From the NCBI GenBank assembly GCA_000320545.1, contig ADNK01000588.1:24994-88993 (forward strand): 64,000 nucleotides of DNA, in the 5' to 3' direction. The notes beneath the pieces were generated by a model. It did not search any database and was not told where the DNA came from. It worked only from the letters and a program-made list of their open reading frames with translations. How positions within the stretch are numbered: position 1 is the first letter of the stretch; every line of letters starts with the position of its first letter. Origin of the DNA: Bigelowiella natans CCMP2755. Taxonomy: Eukaryota; Protista; Cercozoa. Made by a program: the position numbers and the translations under genes. Shown here in pieces: positions 16,043 through 28,289 of the stretch.

Positions 16043-19000
16043 ATCCGCTTTCGCTAGACAAGGAATCATAGATATCTTGCAATTTCCAGTAAATATAAAC
16101 TTGATTCATTTAGGAATGATAGCGACTCGCTCAACGAATGAACGAGACTTAGTTTTGATGCATAATCCCTTCCCAAAACTGAACCTCATTTGCAAGAAGG
16201 TAGTTAGCCAAAACAAAGCTTATTGTCTTTGCTAACTCGCAATAATTAAATAACTTTACAGAGACCGTCCAAATCTACCCTGCAAAGCTGTGCACGATGT
16301 AGTTTCCCGACGGAAAAGATAGGCTGATCAATTAATTGCTGTGTATCTGAAATAGGTATCGCAAGTTTGTGCTCAGGAAAACCAGAGCCAAAACTGAAAA
16401 TGGTAGTGTGATTAATGATGAAGTTCACATAATCACAGATAATTCCCCAAAGGTGAAGCCAGCAATAAAGATCTTGTCGGATTTGATCACATTTTCGGTA
16501 GTTGACCTCGCAAATAAACGAGAACGAGTATATAATTAACGAATTTGTGTAATTCGTCAGGATGCAGAAATTCTTCACCATAGCTGTCGATCACTCATGT
16601 ATCTATCAAACGGTTCTCCATCAATATCAGTGTAGTTTTCGGAAAATCAGTCATCTACTTTTAATTCTTAGGCGATGATGAACTAGTAAAAGCTATATTT
16701 GATGAAGACGACGGTAGATCTTAATTTAAATCATGATATCTTTGAAAACGTGTAATTTCGGCTAGGACGGAAAAAGGGAAGCACATTCTGTCGTCGACTA
16801 GTGGAATTGCTTGGTAAAAAGAGCTAGGCGAGTGTAATAGAAGACAATATGTTAAACAAAATGTTTATAACAATCAGATGGACATGATAATGTTGCTGAA
16901 AGTGTGCTAAAGACACTATCTAATTTCACAATTGCGGAGAGGTAGTACCATAGACTTCATAATTTAGTAACATAGGCCTAATATGGGTACTATGTCGATC
17001 AGTGACGACATTAAGAAAACTCCAAAGAGGAAGAGGTATCATCCCAGACATCTCGCCAAAATCTTGGATTCATAATAACATAATTATTTTGATCATAATA
17101 GTTCCCAGTATGCACCTTAGCCTCTTACTTATCTCATCAAAACTCAAACTTACTTTGTAAAGGTCAATTAGTGGTCCTGAAGATCATTCTCAAATTCTAT
17201 TGGAAGCTGGGGTGCTGCCAGCATTTCAGGGGCTGTTGAAGGTGGCTTAATATACACAATCACAATAATCCCTCTTTATAAAGGCTCTTTCATAATAAGG
17301 AGAAAGCAAGAACTCTGTCACTGAAGGCTCTTTGCTGCAGAGTAATATCTATGTTGGTGCAGCACAAAAGGTTAGGGAATTAAGTTTGTTCGAAGTAGGA
17401 AATGTGTTTGATGTGTGAAATTCTAGGTGTATCTCCATCATCATAAGTTCTGGGCTTCTGCGCACCATCCTTGGATTATTTCGACCTAAAAAATCGTTTC
17501 TGCCAACTCCGATCACATCCCCTACGAAGGCATTTTGCATCTTATACGTGAAACCATTCCTAGAATAGCTGAATCCTGGAATATTAAAGGTTCCGCAATG
17601 GTCTTCAGAATCAATGGACAACCTCAGGGACTCTCCCGAATTCATCGCAGAGGGTGTACTTCTCGAGGCAGTCTGGGTGATGGTGAACATCACCTGCGAT
17701 GGTCAGAACTATCCCTTTGATCTGCTTTCCAAATTTGGTCAACCTAAAAAAACATCATCATACGCACAGGAGGTGCAGAGGATAAGCTAAAAGCCTTACG
17801 GTTGGGAATGATAGGTCTGCGTTTTCCGAAGTATTACTTAATTTCACTGAAAATCTTCTCATTGATTAAATGCGAACTAAAGATGCGTTGTGCCTACTAC
17901 TGGGAGAGCTGGATGAAGAGATCCTACTTCTAGGTGGCGCACGATAATTACTGCCAGAGATGTGTAACATTTTTTACGTATCTACGTAACAGCATTGGAA
18001 GGAATCGACAATTTGTTAAAAGCTGGAAAGGGTCTTGCAAACGTAATCCTTGAGGATGAGGAAGAATCATCTTCGAGCGATCCCCCCAATGGTATTGACA
18101 GCCCTTCCAAGTTGTTCGGGTGTCATCTGAGATTGAGTTTTTAGTTCTGGAGGAAGTGCGTTTTAAAGGCCTAGACATGATGCTACAGCTTCTCACCGAC
18201 TCAAACATTACTCATGTGGTAACCTGACTCTCAACTGCAATTTCGCAACTGGCATATAACTTCAGTTTTCCATCGTCAAGGTAAAGCAGAAAGTAGCTAG
18301 CATAATGACCCAGTACTTTCCAGAAGAAGCCAAAAGTTTTGATGCTGGTATGGAAGATCTTGAGGGTGAGCAAGGAGAAAGCGGTACTAACAAAATATAC
18401 AAATATTTAGTTAACGAATGTAACTTTATGAGCCCGATAGAAAATGTTCCTCTCTGAAATTATTATCATCACATCAGAAATGCCGAAAGAAAGGAGTTCG
18501 AGCGGCAAGCCACCTCCATTAACAATTCCAGAGAATAAAACAGTAATTTCCACGACCCAGAAAGATGGCAATAATTTTGCAGGCGAAGGCGAGGAAGCCC
18601 ATGAGAGTGATGATGACGATGAATCTGTGCACAGACGTAACTGTTCTAACGTTTCGAAGAAGCAGATAGAGTCTCATCACTGAATTTTATTACAGCTTCA
18701 ACAGAATCAATCAAAGTCGTAGTTAGATGCCGGCCATTTATAAAGGTAATTTCAAAACGTTGTTTAATGGTAATTACACTTAATGGTATACATAGTCACA
18801 TTATATCTTCATTATAGAACGAATCAAAAGACTGCTTGGACGTGATTCATGTGGATTTGGTATCATCATTCGCCTACAAATTTCCAATCTAAAGAACAAA
18901 ATCAAAATACCCTGATTCGTAGGAGTCGAATAGAATATTAGTAAAAGATCCCAACCAGTCTGGATTTAATCCTGAGGTAGATCATCCATGGAAACAGAGT

Positions 19001-22000
19001 TGTGCGTGCCTCATAAAATTGTCCTTAAATACAGATGAAGGAGAGTTGGAGAAAGTTTTCGTTTGACACTGTGTACGGAAGGGTAACGTGAAACATTGAA
19101 TATTAATGAAAGCCAAACTCCGACAAAATGCAACACTAATTGAGCTTCAAATAATCTCTAAAGGAATCGAAGCAGAAAGATATTTACAAGCACTCAGTTT
19201 CAAAAATGGTAACTCGGAAAGCCTACGTACAAATTGCCTTTTATATAAGTATTTTCAATTTCTTACACAGGTTCGCAGGCTCTTGAAAGGATTCAATTCG
19301 ACGTAATTTCCTTGTTGTGATAGTGTTTTTGCTTTAATGATGACAAGCTATCCTTCATTTACTCAATAACACAGAATATTCGCCTACGGCCAGACATCCT
19401 CGGGCAAAACCCACACCATGATGGGTAATGTCATGCTCGCCAAGATGAAAGCATTGAGCGCTCTCATCGATTGGTATATTTTTTATATATTATATCTTAA
19501 AGGAGAACTACAAGATGACCATTTGGAAGGTAGTTTACGCCGTTTCATTTCTCAGAACGGATATCTTAGTATTGTTAATTCAGGAATCACCCCTCGTCTC
19601 ATACGAAGCTTATTTTCCTTGATTGAGAAAGGTTGGTATGCAGCGAAAATATTCAATGTCGTTTCAAAATCCGTGTCATCGCCGTTACACGCAGGAAAGG
19701 AACGAGGAAATACGTTCCTCATCACCCTATCGTACTTAGAAATATACAATGAGAAGGTAGATATGAAATCATGAAATTACCGGTAAAGTGGATATTTGAC
19801 CCGATATGCCCAAATAGGTTTACGACTTGCTCACGAGACAAAGAAAGCGCGGAATACAGGTACTGCGATAATTACCTTTTAAAACTATGGTGTGAATACT
19901 CCTTGGCATCTTCAGGCCAGAGAATCGTTACAGATACGTCAGAAAGGAAACGGTCTTCTTTCCTGCAGCTCCCCAAAATCTTTGAGTGACATGTACATTG
20001 ATGTTACAGGCTTCCATGTTCCAAAGCTCACAAAGCATGTTCGGCAGATTTTGTTCAATTATCCTTAGCTGTATGTCATTTCATTGAGAAGCGAGAATTT
20101 TAATTTTTCCTCCTTAAAGGTTATCACGGACGATCAGCAAATGCTTGCATTTATTGAAATGGGTAGGAGCTCCTGCTTCATTTTTCTTGGGTTATATAAG
20201 TTTGCACTAATTGACAAAGGTTCTCGGGCAAGATCTACTGCAGCTACTGCATTAAATAGTGCCAGCTCGAGGTAAACTAGCACATCGAAGGGAAAGCAAC
20301 TCCCAAATTCACGTTCGCAATTGTACAGATCACACTCAATGCTCATCATCAATATTGAGAAGGGTAGCAGCGACGAGGTATGCAAGGACTCAATATTTTA
20401 TCTGTAAGATTTTTCGTTACTGTATTCTCTCCAGAATATGAGGAACATCGTGAGTGCTAAACTGAATCTTGTCGATCTGGCTGGGAGTGAAAGGTACAGC
20501 TCCATCACCATTAATGTGGCTTAGTGGAATGGGTCTAAACAAGTTTCGAAATTGTTTAGATTCCAGGATCAAGACATGAAAACTCAGAAGGAATCCACAT
20601 CCATTAATCAGTCGCTCACAGCGTTAGCAGGGGTGAGGCAAATCATCTACTCTCTAGCATTAGCATTAAAACAACATCTTATTCCTATATCTGGAGTAAA
20701 CAAATTAAACACTAATTAAGGTTATCGCCGCTCTCACGTCAAATAAAAAAGGTTGTTCAACTTGATATCGACAACCTAGTACATTAATCGTACTCTCTCA
20801 CCGCGTAGGAACGTTTGTACCCTACCGCAACTCGGCATTGACAAAGCTGCTCCGCGATTCCCTTGGTAAGTCATGTTCTCATCGATTGCCAAGTAGTGAG
20901 CTAAAGATGTTTCGTAAATTGCATTTTATCAGGCGGAAATGCATCAACTTTGATGTTTGCCAATATAAATCCATGCGATCGAAATCTAAATGAAAGCGTA
21001 AGAGTTTCGCTTCACGACGAGGATAACCCATAGCTTTAACATTATAAATTTTGTACCTCAACTTAAGGTTTCTACCCTCCGTTATGCTGCAAGAGCTAAA
21101 AAAATTATGAACAAGCCAAAAGGTAAACTAATTTTGCGAAATATTTTGACGAATCAATTACCACTAGTTCCCATCACATCTAATTTTTCTCCGCCCACAT
21201 AACAGTGAACCAAAATCCGAAGGACGCATTACTCACAAAGCTTCAATCTGAGATAAAATCTCTACGGCGGTAGTCGCATTTGGTATAAAATGCGGCTGGG
21301 TCAAGCCGTCTTGATATTCAGTATTATTTTCAAGGCTGCTCGACAAAAAAGACAAGTACATCGAAAAAATGCAGGTCCAGACACCGAAAATAATCGTCGA
21401 GGAACCTTCGGAAGAAGAACGTCGGCGGGTTAGCAATAATATCAACCATCCCAACGAAGACATATTCTCTGATTCGAATGGAATTTCCGTTCCTAAAAGG
21501 CAAAGATCGAGGCCGAGAAGCATAGAGAATTTGTGAATCAGGCAATACGTAAATACGTGGGGCTGGAAATACCTTTTATCCCATCATAAAATCAGCAAAA
21601 ATAAGGCTGCAAGCCTGCAATTTATAATCTCTATCCTTGAAGGTGCGTGAAGATCTCCTCAACAGACTCAACGATGCAAAGTCTTCCTTCATCCAAGGGG
21701 GTATATATGTATGTAAATATTCCTCGATGCATAGAAGTGAGAGATATGGGATAAGAAATACCTTCGTCTCAACATGTTGCGCGAGTCTATGTAGATACCA
21801 AATCATCAGATTAATTTACTGAAAGTTAAAAAAAAAATCGATTTGACATTGTGTATTTGAAACGCAGGTTCACCACGGGCACGAGGTACTAGAGGTGCAT
21901 TTTATGGATACCTAGGTTCTGAATGAGTAGTTCATGTACGTAGACTCTAGGGGAAGTAGACGCGGAGGCAGTAGAGCTGTAAGAAGAAGAATGACAGGTA

Positions 22001-25000
22001 TCCTCGAAAACATAACAGCGAGGAAAACATAGAAAGATGGGGGAAATCAAGGAGGAAAACCATGCCTGAATATGTCTTTAAAAAAATTCTATCAGTGGTT
22101 GCAGCAGGCAGCCTTGTTCACACGATTCCAGCTCGAGCTATTGACGGTAATTAAGTGAAATGGAGCTAAAACTAATTAAAATAAAAGATGGTACGTCTTC
22201 GAATCTTCCTTGCCTGAAGCTGAATTTGAATTTCCTAGATGATGACGCTGAAAGTCCCACAAACAATCTACCTGGGATAGATCCATCGATACTTCGATCG
22301 GTGCGATGATTCCTCTGACAGCAGTGAGAAGGCCAGAATGGAAAATTGACCAACATCATCAATTTCACATTTAGGCTCCTCATTTGAGTCGTGAAGACTC
22401 AGCCCCAGCGCCAGGAACAGGGTTCGTTATCACTTTTGAAATACGAATTATGCTATGAGAATATCAACAGTATCTGGATTTTCCTCAGGTACGGACGAAG
22501 GGGAAGCAGACGTCTCAGCATCTCACAAATGGTGCGGTGCGAAGATTGCACATCTATACCTATCCATCTATCATCCAAAAAGCAGCCTTCCATCTCTTGT
22601 CTCCTTGCGCTTTCATACCAAACTTTTAGGCCCCACAGATTGGCATGCAAGATGAAATTCAAGCAGGAGTTTTCAAGGCAATGCGAAAAATGCGGAGATC
22701 GAAGGTCTGGTGATGTTCGCAACCTCAGATAATATCATGACATGTATTGATCCAATCCATTTAACAATTTTCTAAGGCAAAATTCCAGTCACAAACCATA
22801 GAGTTGAAAGACATACTCGAGTAATGCCCTGGACACTAGTGGGAAGCACACATGATTGGTCATGATGAATCACTCGCCACTGTGTCGATCAGAATGACGA
22901 AAGTGAGAAAGGTGGAGCTGGAAACAGATTTAAAGGAATCCGAAGAGCAGAAAAAAGAACTAGAGGAGGTTCTTAGCACACAAAAAACAAAAGGAATCTT
23001 ATTTGTTTTTAAACGTACGAAAATTATAATTACTCATCAGAATTTGACCTCGACTCTGAGTATAAACGCCGAGCTGAAAAGTAAACTAGAAATCGCAAAC
23101 GAGCAGAACGAAGAGTAAGAAAGCCACAGACAGCCTAGACTGACGACTTATTGCGAAGATCTAAATTAAAATCGTACACTTTAATCCTCAGGCTTCAAAG
23201 CGAGTTGACAGCTCTAAGAAAACAGTTGCTAAATGTCACCATCACTCATAAGTCTGACGAGCTTATCATGCCCCGATCCCCTCGGAATGTGACCAAAGGT
23301 CTTCATTAGACAATAATTATCTTCGAACACATATGAATAATTTTACATATAAATTTTGTAAATATTGAATTGATTGAATAAGGGGTCGAAGAAGGCTCCC
23401 TTGTCATGGAAATCAAGGTGAATTTTCTCGCACATATTTCGAAATAGAGGAGAAGCGTTTACTTCTAGATCACTGAATACGTGTGCAGGCTTATTCACAA
23501 TATGTGAACACTCTTCTGGCATATCATCCACTCCTCATGACGACTCGCACGTTGCCCATTCAACCGACGTGCGTACTGTATTTTCCTCAAATGAGATATG
23601 TTAGGGCAGAATATTGTTATTTATACTATATCAGTGATATCGAAGACTTCGCCGAAAAGATGAGAGATGGGATTCTACCTGCAGTGCTCATAAACTTTGC
23701 GGTATTTTGGTTGTTTTGAATTGAAGAACTATTTTTCATAATCATTCGCGCCTCTTTTATTGTCGCAACTTTCCAGGTTCCAAACACGATCGATGAGAGA
23801 GTATTGAATAAGCCAACAGCTTCGAAGCCTCTCTCCGAAAAGGTCATCCGAAATCTGTTGGAGCGATGACAAAACCTGTCTTCCTCTGATGGAAGCTTGC
23901 AACCCTCAGGAACGAAGGGAGAACCTGATCCTTGTATTTGAGACATGCAAAGGGATAGGTGTTGAGGTGACAATGACTTTCAGTTTATTACCTCTCAACG
24001 ATGTGGATATTATCTGAAGCAATTTGCCTTCTAAGGTTGGAGACCTCACAGTTGACGCACTCTTTCCTACCGGATCTGTCGCGAACACAAATAATATACA
24101 GAATCCAGTGCCTAGAAAGTCTTCAACGGCACGCCACCAATCATCTGCGGTAAGGAAAGTGCTACATTGAACGTCAAAAATTTACACTTGTGGCTCATTG
24201 ATGGTGTTTGCGATGGTTAAATAGGTATCACTAAAAACTGTGTGCACGTTTGCCTTCCGTATCATTTCCTTCATCACTCTCCGCCGCAACGAACTCTTGT
24301 CCCATCCAGAGGTTTCTGATTCAGATCAATGTCTCCATCGTGTTGGCACTCTGCCGTTTATTACCTGCATCCCCCAAAAGAATGTTTCCTTTTTGAAGTA
24401 GGCGACATCCATTCTCAATACACTCGCATATTTTCTAAGGTCAGAGAAGCTGGAATAGCGCAGGATGATAACGACAGCGAAGACCTCCTCCCATCCAAAA
24501 TTCTTCTAGGTGACTCTCCAAATATTTGCAATTCCAGATGTAAATTCTCAACAATTACTGAGATCGACTTCTTGCTTCTGTAGGATGGACAAATCACATG
24601 CTTGGCAAACTTCGATCAAATACTCAAATCTCAACCATTGTGACATCTGACGCCTTCCCATCTCTGCCTCTCTCGCAGTCCTCATTTTCCGCTAAAGGTG
24701 GCATTGAGAATGCCCTAGTGATGTCGAAATGATGATGCTAATATAAGGGGCAGTCGAAGTAACCTCCGTTGAAGCTAATGGATTTTAACACTTTACTGTA
24801 GGAAACAAAGTTCCAGCTTTTCTAGTTCTGGCAATCTCTCAAAAAATTAGAGGACCCCAAACTGTAAGTTGGCTCGCATCCAAGATGAAGGTCCCTTCTT
24901 TTGCAGAATCGCGGGAATCCGATGCAGGGAGCGGCATCTCACCAGCTGACTTCGCAGCAGCCGGGGAGATTCTTCCGAAAGAGGTGACTGTAATTGTTCA

Positions 25001-27275
25001 CTCGAGAGATTGGAGAAGATTTATCTTGCTTCGCTGCTGCGATGCAGGCAAAGACGTTCTTGATCAATGAGGATGACTTCGAACGGAAGCATGACAAGGA
25101 AACGGAGATGTCCCTGAATAGACTTGCTCTGCTATTTACCGGTCGGTTCTCCACTAGCAGGAATTTCCTAGAGATGATGATTTTTGTGGCGCATGATTAG
25201 GAGCGGTTCTGAAGCATAGCTTCCCACTAAAGTTCAATGGACTCCACGGGGATATGGGAGGCCATCCGGAGGTTCACAAGGCAATCAAAGTTTTCCAGCG
25301 ATGGTGTCGCCGCTAATAAATGAGAAATGAATTCGTTGTCAGAGTAAGACAGTGCGGAATACTGTAAATCCCGTTGAAAAGTTGATTAGACGTGACAGGA
25401 AAGGTGAACAAGCGGCTAAGGTTTGAGAATGCGCAGAGTGTGTAATAGTAAAGTATGTTTCCTTTCAGCTGGGGGAAGTATTGTAAGCGTAAGTGATGAC
25501 ACCGACATTGACGAAGATGAAGGTACAGGGTTTATCATGGGTGGCAAACACGATTTGATTCTCGCTGCACTTGATGGCAGATGGTGCTGGTGACGTCGAA
25601 CCGAGCCAAGAGAAAGCTGTCAGGTCTTCTTTCTGGAAGGAAGAAGTCAACCCGGTTCGGATCGTCTGACTGTTTGCTTGCAAAACGTGCAGGATGTGGA
25701 TCAATAACATCGGGGTTCAGAATCGGTATATCCACAGGCTCCTCAACGCCTGCTCCAATGGGGTATGAAGCCATGTACGATTCACAGATGCTGATGATTC
25801 CATCGATTCAATCATGCGTAGGTACTGCTTCTTCGGCTACTTGACCACATCGCAAAATCGGTGACACAGCAAGCTTCGTCTAATCCACCCGTTGTTCGTA
25901 GCATGTCTAATGTTGGTATTAATTGCTTCATGTAGTCGGTTGTTGATTGGAAGAAAGCCTATCCGAAGCCAAGTAATGTCGATTTGACGCCTCTGTTGTT
26001 TTCAAGTGTTAATTGCATTCCCCACCACTGCGAATACCAAAGGTAACAAGTTTCGAGAGCTTGCAAACTGCCAACAGTTCATCGAAAGATGCAAGGAAAC
26101 TCCATTCAACTTCAAGGTATGTTTCTATGTGAGCGGTTTAGCACCGGAAGTGATAATGCACGTTGCAGGTAGGAACAACCACTGGACAGGATATAAATGA
26201 AAGGCACTCAAAGGTTGATATCTTGCGTAAATCACCTCTTAATTTGCATTTGCCCGACGACATACTCAACCATTTCTTTGCAGCACGTGCTCTCCGTGAC
26301 GTGGCAGCTCAGAAAGTTTCATATGTAGGATAGCCAGCGAACGATTTAGTTGTCTTTAGCATTGGTGGGGTTACTGGGATTTCTGTACAGGTTCGAATTC
26401 CTAAAGAGTATCTACGTGCGAAAGTTCGGCGGCGGTCAAAAAACAGCTGAATCCAAAATAAGGATTGATGAGGGGAAGATCGCGCAGTGGTAGTCATATT
26501 CTTCCGACTGTGCAACAATTCTAGGCAGTTCTGAAATATTTGCATTTGTAATACAGGTGCATGTCGACAATCGAGACTGCATTAGATGAGAACGGAGGGT
26601 GAATAAATAAACTATCATTAAGATTGCTTTTCGCATTTAATAATTACAATTTGTATAGATATCCCCCTGAAGCTTCGCACGTTGACGTAAGATCATCCTC
26701 GTTTATTTTTTGTACGCACAATAAATTTACCATATCTGTATTATTCCTTTTTCAAGCTGGAAGGAATTGGAAGTAAAATAAAAGGCTTTGACGAGAAGGT
26801 CATCTCAGAGCTATGTAGATTGCTACTTAGCTGATCTTCAGGAATTCATGAAATCAGACTTTGAAGACTGGCTTGTATCTCCTGCTCCTCATTTGGGCGA
26901 AGGATCCAGAAAGCATAGACTGGGCGAATGCTTCCACTGGTAAATCCGCCGCTAAAATAAAGGCTAGGTGGCTCAATAAATTTCGGAATTGGTGCTAGGT
27001 GTCACGCGCGATCAAAGACTGGGTAATGCAACGTATGCCATCTCCGTCGCACGTAAAATGGGATGCACAATTTTTTTGCAGCCGGCCGACATCATCAAGG
27101 TAGTCGAAAAGCAACTTTCAGATACGTTCGATGCTAGTTGAGCTTCGCCTTCGAGACAAAAACACATGCGCCAGCACATTGTATTAATTGTGTTGTTGTT
27201 TGTTTCATTGCGTGTGTGCGGCAGGTGAGACCAAGAATGATCCTAAGTTTTGTTAGTGCAGTGCTAGCTACATGA
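15397..27275 (+). CDS. Multidomain fusion: ubiquitin-like - importin-alpha-like ARM repeats - kinesin motor - coiled coil - fimbrin/plastin actin-binding core
   Basis: Dozens of short GT-AG introns. The module junctions were traced exon by exon with phases matching and no stop; not every internal exon was resolved. Ends [16 protein letters not shown] (TGA 27273-27275). Confidence 0.8.
15871..18365 (+). other. Importin-alpha-like armadillo repeats (about ARM3 to C-terminus)
   Basis: REEAVVLLGMIA..RDLVL, SLCSGKPEP, VKPAIKILSDLI..DAEILHHSCRSLMYLS, FCRRLVELL, EAVWVMVNIT and KVASIMTQYFPEE are collinear with importin-alpha. Confidence 0.85.
18696..21270 (+). other. Kinesin motor domain (kinesin-2-like neck)
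   Basis: [99 protein letters not shown]. Confidence 0.97.
23489..27275 (+). other. Fimbrin/plastin-type tandem calponin-homology domains (CH1-CH4), no EF-hands
   Basis: [126 protein letters not shown]. Confidence 0.93.
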
Positions 27276-27339
27276 TCTAGATGATTGTTGCTCATGCCTG
27301 TCGCTCACATTTCTAGGTAGATATTCATTTTGTGTTTGT

Positions 27340-28080
27340 ACATGCATGACTAGAAGTGCGTCTAATCTAGCAGGTCACACATTTGATCGAAATCAGTTCG
27401 TTTTGCATTGCCCAAGCGATCTAGCGATCGATGCGATGTGAAATGTCATGCTTAGACATTCATGTGTTGATTGCACATGCTAGCATGGACGTTTAGACGT
27501 GGCGAAAAAAAACGAAATGCACATGCACAGCTAGTCAGCGAAACTTGCACCTAGCAAGCAAGCTAGCTAAAAACCATCATCTCTAGATCTCTTCTTGTCT
27601 AGAGTATTGTCTAGATTGTGCTTGCGCGGCATGCTAGCATGCTAGCATGTTGCGTGCACACATTGATCTCTAGCTCTACACAACGCTAGAATGGCTAGAC
27701 TCACAAGGTCTGCTAGTCTGGCTAGCTAGCTAGCTAGGTAGATAGCTAGATAGTGATGATGCCATTCAGACTCACTAGCTCGATTAGATGTCTAGATGAG
27801 ATGGCATGCACAATCTGGTTGCCATAGCTGCGTGTCTAGATGTGCAGACATGATGATGATGGCTCGTGAAGCGTTTAATTTTGCGATGCCCAACTAGCCA
27901 ATCACCTTTTTAGAGACCTAGCTAGCTAGCTAGGAGAAAGTAGCGTCAAGATTTGCGCGCATGTCACAAAATGAAGATAGCTGGCAAACTGGTTCGCTTG
28001 CTAACTTGCTCATACATCTAGCTAGCTAGACATGTTGAGATGCTAGCATGCTGCTAGCTAGCTAGAATGCCGAAGAAATA
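27340..28080. other. TpA-restricted, CTAG-rich intergenic tract 2 between convergent genes
   Basis: The large majority of TA occur as CTAG, CTA or TAG, with GCTA runs; CATG and TGCA are abundant. Confidence 0.85.
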
Positions 28081-28289
28081 GTTCGTAGTGTCGAACCGCA
28101 TGCTGTGCACTGGTCATTTTCGAGCACTTCTATGTTGAGTTTCGGGGCACATTTTGTGAATGTAATTTGTGCAGCTATATAAGATATCGATCCGCGTGAA
28201 TAAATGTCTAGATGTTGACACTACAGCGATGCAGCTGAAAGCAGCAAACGGACTGTGTGTTCTGCCGCAAACGACTATCAAATCAAAAG

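Noticed and set aside
18305-18365. ATG at 18305 or 18350 as an independent kinesin start
   Set aside because: This exon matches the importin-alpha C-terminal helix and is spliced in frame from upstream.
21542-21642. GC-AG intron in the kinesin stalk
   Set aside because: An in-frame GT donor about 15 nt downstream explains the junction equally well.
27340-28080. CpG-methylation decay or RIP as the cause of the TG/CA-rich tracts
   Set aside because: CpG is retained and TpA is lost, which fits neither process.
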